Shown piece by piece: positions 1 through 6,324 of a stretch of 11,175 nucleotides of DNA. Made by a program: the position numbers and the translations under genes. Every line of letters starts with the position of its first letter. The first letter of the stretch is position 1. The notes beneath the pieces were generated by a model that had not been told where the DNA came from, did no database searches, and worked only from the letters and a program-made list of their open reading frames with translations. The DNA comes from an uncultured bacterium (GTDB lineage: Bacteria; Hydrogenedentota; Hydrogenedentia; Hydrogenedentales; JAEUWI01): NCBI GenBank assembly GCA_963977445.1, contig CAXBPH010000229.1:1-11175 (forward strand), in the 5' to 3' direction.

Positions 1-1115
1 TTGGCTCCCGTGCCAATGACGGAGATGGGTACGGTTTCTTCGATGGCATCGAGGCCATACTGCTGTGCGAGGACCAGGGCGCGGGCACGCTCCGCCTCCG
101 TAAAGGGCTTGGCCAGGAAGGGCAAGTCTTCGGCCACCGGCAACAAGACGGGACCATCAATATCGAGGCCCTTTATGACGTGAACCTGGAGGGTTACCGT
201 ACCGGCTACGTCGCAGGTATGGCCCGCAATTTCGCCGTCGCCTTGGAGGGCGTGCATATCCCCCATGTAAATGCCGCCGCCCCGGACTTTCACCGGGCAT
301 ATCAGAATGGCACCTGCGCGGACGGCGTCGATGTCCATGTGGCCATCGGTGCGGTGGGCGAGTTGCTCTTCCGTAATCGCGAGGTCGTGGGGCGCGCCAA
401 TGAGAAACTGGCCGAAATCACCCGCGTTGTGGCTGTCGGGAAAGGGGATGGACGGCGTCGTACCCAGTTGCCCCATGAACGGACGAAGTCGCGCCATCAT
501 GCCAACGAGGTCATGCTGTGCCAGAGTCAGCACGGAGTTTTGCACGGAATTCGTCGGCATGGCGGCGTAGCGCTTCGCATCCCGGGCAAATCGCTCGGCC
601 ACTTCGCCGGGTACCGTTACCCCCACTTCGCGGTTGTCGTCAAAGGCAATGGTGTAGCCGTTACCAATGGTGAAGGGCGTGGTTTCCGCGCCGCAGTTGG
701 CACATTGGATCGCGCCACAACCCGTGCCCACCAATTTGGTCTCTGGATTCAACGTGCCGCACTCGGGACAGCGGGGTGCCACGAAGGGGTCGCCATCAAA
801 ACGCCCCGCCATGGCCACATCGGTGCCGGAAGCGGTCGCCCGAGAGGTCACCGTAATGTCGCGGATGACAATGGCGATGGCATCCCCCACTTCGGCACCT
901 TCGACGGCCACGGGAATGGTCACCTCGTGTCCACCACGTAAACAGGGCGTTAACATGGGGCCCCAGCATCCGGGTGCCGTGTTGGCGATGATATGGCCAC
1001 CATCGCGTACGGGGCCCAACATGGGTTTCGCCGGGTCCAGTACGCCGTCGGTGTACTGGTCGACCAAGATAGTCTCGCTGGCGGTTGGAGATTGGCTGGT
1101 AGCAGGAGTAGACAT
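1..1115 (-). CDS. Acetamidase/formamidase family protein (FmdA/AmdA-like), 3' end beyond the window
   Basis: Manual minus-strand translation from ATG at 1115 (GAGG at 1128-1125): MSTPATSQ...ANTAPGCWGPMLTPCLRGGHEVTIPVAVEGAEVGDAIAIVIRDI...TDGHMDIDAVRAGAILICPVKVRGGGIYMGDMHALQGDGEIAGHTCDV...PISVIGTGA. The N- and C-terminal segments read are in the same frame. PVxVEGAExGD and GDxHxxQGDGE are family motifs. Absent from the ORF track because there is no stop in the window. Confidence 0.9.
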   Translation of the reverse strand, partial: MSTPATSQSPTASETILVDQYTDGVLDPAKPMLGPVRDGGHIIANTAPGCWGPMLTPCLRGGHEVTIPVAVEGAEVGDAIAIVIRDITVTSRATASGTDVAMAGRFDGDPFVAPRCPECGTLNPETKLVGTGCGAIQCANCGAETTPFTIGNGYTIAFDDNREVGVTVPGEVAERFARDAKRYAAMPTNSVQNSVLTLAQHDLVGMMARLRPFMGQLGTTPSIPFPDSHNAGDFGQFLIGAPHDLAITEEQLAHRTDGHMDIDAVRAGAILICPVKVRGGGIYMGDMHALQGDGEIAGHTCDVAGTVTLQVHVIKGLDIDGPVLLPVAEDLPFLAKPFTEAERARALVLAQQYGLDAIEETVPISVIGTGA

Positions 1116-1132
1116 ACGATTGCGCCTCGATG

Positions 1133-1160
1133 TGGTTATCACCCAAGTTGTTATAACCAA
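1133..1160. promoter_or_regulatory. Candidate repressor operator over the transcription start region of the amidase gene
   Basis: Two tandem near-palindromes, TGGTTATCACCCA (1133-1145) and TTGTTATAACCAA (1148-1160). Together they also form TGGTTAT-N13-ATAACCA. They lie directly downstream of the -10 box. Confidence 0.55.
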
Positions 1161-1188
1161 TTATAGGAGCCCGGTAATCGGAACTCAA
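1160..1188 (-). promoter_or_regulatory. Sigma70-type promoter of the amidase gene
   Basis: Minus strand TTGAGT (1188-1183), 17 bp spacer, perfect TATAAT (1165-1160), 44 bp upstream of the ATG. Confidence 0.75.
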
Positions 1189-1238
1189 CGAAGTAGAATT
1201 GCACCACCAAGTGGGGCCGTCGTATGGAAGAATTGTGG

Positions 1239-1321
1239 AACCACGAATACGCACGAATTTGCACGAATGGAACTAAGATCGCGCGCAGTCCTTCTCTGTG
1301 TTCTCTGCGTTCTTTGTGGTT
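1239..1321. repeat. Short repeat element with two triplicated motifs and AACCAC/GTGGTT inverted ends
   Basis: CACGAAT at 1242, 1252 and 1262 (10 bp period). TTCTCTGTG/TTCTCTGCG/TTCTTTGTG at 1292, 1301 and 1310 (9 bp period). AACCAC at 1239-1244 is the reverse complement of GTGGTT at 1316-1321. Confidence 0.7.
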
Positions 1322-1573
1322 AATAAATTTTTAAGTTACGTTTCAATCGACTTCCAATAACAATCGCCGAATAATTCTATTAGCTGAAATTCCGTTGCAG
1401 TAAAGGGACAGCAGGGACTTGCCCATCGAGCTGCCGTTCGAAAAAATGACATTACTTTCTGGTATTTTGGTCATCAGAACGCCCTGATTCATTGCCGCTA
1501 CACCCTACTGGTTGAATCACCCTGATGGGTCATTATCCCGGCACTTCGTATCGCATAAAGCGCGTTGAATAAC

Positions 1574-1654
1574 TCCCCTCTTGGGAGGGGCAGGGGGTGG
1601 GTTGAGACTTGCAAGATGCTCTGTCCCACCCCGCCCCCCCTCCCAAGGAGGGGA
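1574..1654. repeat. REPIN/MITE-like inverted repeat element
   Basis: Left arm TCCCCTCTTGGGAGGGGCAGGGGGTGGG (1574-1601) is nearly the reverse complement of right arm CCCACCCCGCCCCCCCTCCCAAGGAGGGGA (1625-1654). Each arm has its own CCCCTC...GAGGGG hairpin. Confidence 0.8.
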
Positions 1655-1717
1655 ATCTTACCCGGTTCCTACTCAATATCACGGGATTATAAAGGCCTTC
1701 AACTATCACTCAGACCA

Positions 1718-4700
1718 CTACTCCGACAGCAGGTCCTTCGCGAGCAGTCCCGGGGAGCGCGTCACGATCTTCAATTCGTGCTGCCCGGTAAGGCCGCTGA
1801 GATCGATGATACCTGTCGTCCCATCGAAGGGCACGTTTTCTCCTGCCCGTGTCACCGCCACCATCTGAAAGGGCTCGGGCAGACGAATCTTTAGCTTCGT
1901 TTCTTTCATGGCATTTCGCGTGGGCAGATCCACCGACACATCGACACGTTGTTCGGCCAGCCGGGATGTAATCCGATAACTCACAGGACCAAAGCAGGTG
2001 GGGGCCGCGTCCACCACGATCTCCTTGCCGTGCTCCAGCCATTCCCGTGGGGTCGCGTGGGCCAGGTAGAGATTTTCGGGCAGGCCGGTTTCGTGATTAA
2101 AAGAATCGCGTACCAGCATGAGACGCAGGTTCAGGAGCAAGGCGCAGTTGTTGGCGCTCGTTGGGCCGCCATAGGTCGAGCGATAGTATTCACCTGGCCG
2201 CTCGGCCAGGGTGGCCCCCTCGCCCGTGACGAAGGTATTGCGCGACATGCCATGGGCCAGTTTACCGTAGAAGGTCAACACCTGTCGGTCAGCCATATCC
2301 TGGGCGGCGATCATGCGTAGATAGGCCGGAAGATACACATTGTCCACGCCCGTCGTATAGTACCCCGGCAAGCCGTCGCGACGAAAGGAGCCGATGGCCG
2401 TTGGGTAATAATTGAAACGTAAGAGCCCGAGAAAGGTTGCCCCGTGACTGTGCATGTAGTCTGCGATGCGCCCCAGTTCCGGACCGTCCATGGGCCAATA
2501 CCCGGTGGCGAAGGCATAGGGTATGACCAGATTCCAGTAGCTGCCGATACGAGTCTCGGTAATGGCGGCGTAGGGCTGTTCGCCCGTGTAAAGTGCGCGG
2601 GGCACAAACAGGGAGCCGTTGTCCATTTCCGTGACGGCCTCGCCCATGCCTTTGTCGATGGCTGCCTTCAGCTGGTCGGCCAGGGGACGGTAGCGTTCAT
2701 AGAGGTCGTCCCGCCCGACGGATTTCCAGACTTCGGCCATGTCACGGATGCCCTGCCAGCCGACGGTCTGGTGGAAAATGTAGTGGGCCACTTCCGGGAT
2801 GTCGCCACACTGGCGCTGCTTGGTGAGCAGGCCATATTCATCTTCTGCCATTTGCTGCTTGAAGATTTCGCAAATCTCAACGAAGGCCTCGGTATGCTCG
2901 GCAATAAAATCGGCATCTCGGGTAAGAAAATAATAGTGGGCACCATGGGTGAGTTTTTCACCCCGTTCCCAGTTGATGTAGTAGCCCTCCCCCTTGGTCA
3001 TGTCGAGCAAGGCACCCAGCCCATCGCGATAGGCCTGAGGATGGCCGAATTCGCCAAGGGTCTGGACAGCATCACTGCTTTCGGGCTGGTAAAAGCTGTC
3101 GTGATAGACCACGGAGCCGAGGCTGTAACGCCATCGCAAAATCAGATTCTGTATAAGCAGATTACGTTGTACATTCATCACATGGTCTTCGGGCACCTGG
3201 AACGGAAGAACGGGAGCGAGTTCCTTGTGCCAGTAGGCAACCAAGGATTCCCGCGCCCCGAGAAATTCCGCTTCAGAAATCTCCACTCGCTCCGCCAGGG
3301 GAGCTTCGGGGGACCAGCATAGATAGAGCGTGTGCGTGCCCGGCCCGATCGTCCAGGTGATACCATTCGCACCCTCCTCCGCCACGTGGAAAGCCTCCGG
3401 AACATCAACGCGACAACGACTCCGGGCATCATCCCCGAAATTGAGTGTCAGGTGCCCCGACTCATTCTCCGGTGCCACGGACACCTCCATACGTACAAAG
3501 GCCAAGACCCCGTCGTGGCCCGGAACTTCGACAGCAAAACTGGTCTGCCGAAAGTGATCCCCGGAAACATCGGTATAGGCCGTTTCCAGAATGGGCAGGT
3601 ACTTCTCTGCAAGATAAGGCCCTTCAAGGCGCTCCAACTGGCTGCCAAAAGCCTCCTGCTCCGGCCCCACCTGCCATGCCAGATAATCCTCACTCTGGTA
3701 CACATCCGCAGCAATTCGACTGCCGTCTGCCAGGGGAATGACATAGGGTGGCTCGCCGCCACTCTTGCCAAAGAGCAGGTTGTGCACGCCCATTTCGGTA
3801 TAGACGTGGCCCGTCGAATAGAACAAGGGATGGAGGAGGTCCTTGATGTTTTCATAGGTCGCGCCCCCCTGGTCGATCAGGGTTTCACCCCAGATGTCAC
3901 GATTTTCTCTTAAGGCATCGTCCAGTCGGGCCGCATAGCCGGTCTGACCTGCTGCTTCCCCCGCCTTGGGATAGGCCTCTCTCTCGGCCCCGTAGGTAGC
4001 GGCCACGTCTTCGTCGGAAAGGGCCACATCGTGGAGGGCTACGTCGCTGAGAAAGCCTTCGAAGCAGTAGGCACTGGTTTTGGGCAAGTTACCATAGGCT
4101 CCAAAAAGCAGGGGCGTATCGTAGGCATCGACTATCCCCGTTGCGGCAGTGGGCTCCCCCGCCGGAACGCCATTGGCAAAGAGCCGCATGGCTTCCCCAT
4201 CGAAGGTGGCCACGACGTGATTCCACCCCTCCAGAAATTCAATGTCTTTCACAACGAGCGACTGCAGTTGACCGCCGACACTCAAGTAAAAGGCCGCACA
4301 AGACGGATACTCGGCGTCGTCAGAGAGAAACACGCCATATTGGTACATGGTACCTTCGTGGGCAGGCGCTGACTTCAGCACCAGGGGTTTCTGTCCGAAT
4401 ACAATGCCTGCCGGGAGCTTGAACCAGATGGACAAAGACAGATGTTCTGGATTGAGCGCGGGGGCATTCGGAATCTCAACGTAACTTTGCTCGCCGTCAA
4501 ACCACGCACTGGGATGGTCGATTAAGTCCTCCACCTTCCAGAGCATATCCACCTGGTGAAGCGTACCGTCCAACGTCGATTGGGTGGTGCTGGGAAAGCG
4601 GGTCGACACCTCGGGCTCGGCACGCCATTGTGCTACGGGCGCGCTGGCGGATGCCGCTCCGAAGGAAGCTAGAAGGAGCGAGACAAGAATGACACGAACG

Positions 4701-4741
4701 ATAGCTGGCAAGAGCAAAGTATTTCTCCGATTCGGACTCAT
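1718..4741 (-). CDS. Large secreted protein: LamG-like jellyroll domain plus putative (alpha/alpha)6-barrel glycoside hydrolase-like region
   Basis: Long ORF (track 1718..4864). ATG 4741 gives a signal peptide (MSPNRRNTLLLPAIVRVILVSLLLASFGAASA). LamG motifs: FDGEQSYVEIP, LSLSIWFK, WNHVVATFDGEAMRLFANG, FEGFLSDVALHDVALS. These are followed by a helical aromatic/acidic region and a C-terminal LAHATPREWL...APTCFGPVSY beta domain typical of six-hairpin glycosidase-like proteins. Start is uncertain (4864 or 4834 possible). Confidence 0.8.
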   Translation of the reverse strand: MSPNRRNTLLLPAIVRVILVSLLLASFGAASASAPVAQWRAEPEVSTRFPSTTQSTLDGTLHQVDMLWKVEDLIDHPSAWFDGEQSYVEIPNAPALNPEHLSLSIWFKLPAGIVFGQKPLVLKSAPAHEGTMYQYGVFLSDDAEYPSCAAFYLSVGGQLQSLVVKDIEFLEGWNHVVATFDGEAMRLFANGVPAGEPTAATGIVDAYDTPLLFGAYGNLPKTSAYCFEGFLSDVALHDVALSDEDVAATYGAEREAYPKAGEAAGQTGYAARLDDALRENRDIWGETLIDQGGATYENIKDLLHPLFYSTGHVYTEMGVHNLLFGKSGGEPPYVIPLADGSRIAADVYQSEDYLAWQVGPEQEAFGSQLERLEGPYLAEKYLPILETAYTDVSGDHFRQTSFAVEVPGHDGVLAFVRMEVSVAPENESGHLTLNFGDDARSRCRVDVPEAFHVAEEGANGITWTIGPGTHTLYLCWSPEAPLAERVEISEAEFLGARESLVAYWHKELAPVLPFQVPEDHVMNVQRNLLIQNLILRWRYSLGSVVYHDSFYQPESSDAVQTLGEFGHPQAYRDGLGALLDMTKGEGYYINWERGEKLTHGAHYYFLTRDADFIAEHTEAFVEICEIFKQQMAEDEYGLLTKQRQCGDIPEVAHYIFHQTVGWQGIRDMAEVWKSVGRDDLYERYRPLADQLKAAIDKGMGEAVTEMDNGSLFVPRALYTGEQPYAAITETRIGSYWNLVIPYAFATGYWPMDGPELGRIADYMHSHGATFLGLLRFNYYPTAIGSFRRDGLPGYYTTGVDNVYLPAYLRMIAAQDMADRQVLTFYGKLAHGMSRNTFVTGEGATLAERPGEYYRSTYGGPTSANNCALLLNLRLMLVRDSFNHETGLPENLYLAHATPREWLEHGKEIVVDAAPTCFGPVSYRITSRLAEQRVDVSVDLPTRNAMKETKLKIRLPEPFQMVAVTRAGENVPFDGTTGIIDLSGLTGQHELKIVTRSPGLLAKDLLSE

Positions 4742-4766
4742 AAAAACGCGACACACATATTCGCGT
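4742..4766 (-). terminator. Possible weak intrinsic terminator or attenuator hairpin
   Basis: Minus strand ACGCGA-ATATGTGTG-TCGCGT-TTTT, about 95 bp downstream of the monooxygenase stop codon. Confidence 0.3.
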
Positions 4767-4860
4767 GAGCAAGCATAGTAGCCATAGAGACACCCGGCGA
4801 ACAACCACGAGGCAAGGCCCACACCGATACTCATCCAAGTCTGGCGAACCGATTTGGAAT

Positions 4861-6141
4861 TCACACCCCGATATGTTGCAGACGGCGGTCTTCCTTGCGG
4901 GCTGCGTCGGGCAACTGTGACCGGGCTTCATTCATTTTAGTAACGGCAAGATGGGCATCAAAGAGATGGGAACGTGGTGGACGAAGTCCAAGAGACTTCA
5001 TAACCGTACCCAGTGGCAAGGTCAACTCATCTTGCAGTTCCATGAGCATACGGACGTGCTCAACATAAGGCGAAATTACGGGCCCTACCCCCGAGCGCAC
5101 TTGGGCGGTGGCCATGATGTAAAGATGCTTATGATCGGGAATAAGGGCACCGCCGTAGAGTTGGGCGACCGGACCCTCGGTAGTGAACAATCCCGGTGCG
5201 AGAAATGGCACGCTCACGTTATAGCCTGTGGCGCAAACAACGACATCGAAGTCCTCGGCCGTACCGTCTGCGAAATGAACGGTTTTACCTTCAAAACGGG
5301 CTACGTCGCATCGGGGTGTGAGGCTCCCTGCCCGCAAGTGCTTTAAAACGGTCGTGCTGATGGTCGGATGATGATCAAATAGTTGGTGGTCGGGCTCGGG
5401 CAATCCGTACCGCTTATAGGACCCAACATAGAGCCATAGCAAGGCCCGAAGCAGTCGACGTTGCATGGGGATGGATAACCAGGGGGATATACATTCGACC
5501 GTAGGCAGGCCGAGCATTTTCTTGGGCATGATCCAATAGCCCCGCCGCACACTCAGGCTGGCGCGTTCGCCTACGCGGGCAGCAATACTGGCAAGGTCAC
5601 AGGCGGAATTCCCTCCCCCGATGACAAGCACCCGTTTTCCTTCAAACTGGCTGGGGTCGAGGAAATCCTTCGCGTGAAGGTAATTCCCCGTAAATTTACC
5701 GGGATAATCGGGCCACCGCCGGTCCCAGTGGTGGCCGTTGCAGACAAAAACGCCCTTGTAAATCGATTCCGTTCCGTCGTCCATTCGCACCGACCATCGC
5801 TCGTCCGGCACCGGGGCGACATAGTCAACGCGCCGACCAAAGTGCACCGAGGCTTCCAAATCAAAGTGTCGCGCGTAGGCCGTGAGGTAGTCGAGCATCT
5901 GCCGTCGCGTGGGAAAGTCCCCTACCTGGCGCTCCATGGGAAACTCTGGAAATTGCGTAGTACGACGAGACGTAACAAGCTCAATGCCCTTGTGTGCGCC
6001 GTGGGACCAGTTACCGCCAACGCGGGTATCTGCCTCGACCTGGTCATAGGGCACCTGGGCCATTTTCAACTGACGGGCCATCGCAAGGCCGGTGGGACCT
6101 GCGCCGATAATCAACATGCGTTCTTCTGTGGGTACTGCCAT
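4861..6141 (-). CDS. Flavin-containing monooxygenase (class B, FMO-like)
   Basis: FAD motif IIGAGPTG, then VGGNW, FMO fingerprint FTGNYLHAKDF (FxGxxxHxxxF), NADPH motif VLVIGGGNSACD, and DVVVCATGY. Start is probably ATG 6141 or 6168 rather than 6237, because a TATACT -10 box lies at 6201-6196. Confidence 0.92.
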   Translation of the reverse strand: MAVPTEERMLIIGAGPTGLAMARQLKMAQVPYDQVEADTRVGGNWSHGAHKGIELVTSRRTTQFPEFPMERQVGDFPTRRQMLDYLTAYARHFDLEASVHFGRRVDYVAPVPDERWSVRMDDGTESIYKGVFVCNGHHWDRRWPDYPGKFTGNYLHAKDFLDPSQFEGKRVLVIGGGNSACDLASIAARVGERASLSVRRGYWIMPKKMLGLPTVECISPWLSIPMQRRLLRALLWLYVGSYKRYGLPEPDHQLFDHHPTISTTVLKHLRAGSLTPRCDVARFEGKTVHFADGTAEDFDVVVCATGYNVSVPFLAPGLFTTEGPVAQLYGGALIPDHKHLYIMATAQVRSGVGPVISPYVEHVRMLMELQDELTLPLGTVMKSLGLRPPRSHLFDAHLAVTKMNEARSQLPDAARKEDRRLQHIGV

Positions 6142-6195
6142 GGTATTTAAAAAGGTACTTCCTGACATTGGGTATGAGGTTTCGAGAATCCGTGA

Positions 6196-6225
6196 AGTAT
6201 AGCGCGAATAGGCGCATCCGGTTAA
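6196..6225 (-). promoter_or_regulatory. Possible sigma70 promoter of the monooxygenase gene
   Basis: Minus strand TATACT (6201-6196) with a weak -35 (TTAACC) 18 bp upstream. Divergent from the gdh promoter. Confidence 0.4.
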
Positions 6226-6251
6226 ATGGATCGACATGAAAGGGCTGTATG

Positions 6252-6280
6252 TTGCCTGTCGACGGCCTTTTCCCTATGAT
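6252..6280 (+). promoter_or_regulatory. Sigma70-type promoter of the glutamate dehydrogenase gene
   Basis: TTGCCT (6252-6257), 17 bp spacer, TATGAT (6275-6280). GGAG at 6314-6317 precedes the GTG at 6325. Confidence 0.65.
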
Positions 6281-6324
6281 GGAGTTCCTGCTGGAGAGAG
6301 CATTAACCTGATTGGAGTTTTCTT

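Noticed and set aside
1242..1318. Short tandem repeats as a possible CRISPR array
   Set aside because: Units are 7-10 bp with no unique spacers, and there are no cas genes in the window.
180..1323. Plus-strand ORFs 180..941, 271..570 and 667..1323, and minus-strand ORF 796..1254
   Set aside because: They are shadow or alternative frames of the amidase gene, which carries the clear family motifs, promoter and RBS.
1344..1493. 49-codon minus-strand ORF MNQGVLMTKIPES...LLLEVD
   Set aside because: No convincing RBS or motif, and the length is expected by chance.
1565..1894. Plus-strand ORFs 1565..1894 and 1581..1868
   Set aside because: Their Pro/Gly-rich starts are translations of the inverted repeat, and the rest is antisense to the large CDS.
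1949..4422. Multiple 70-290 aa ORFs inside the large LamG gene
   Set aside because: They are overlapping alternative or antisense frames without recognisable domains.
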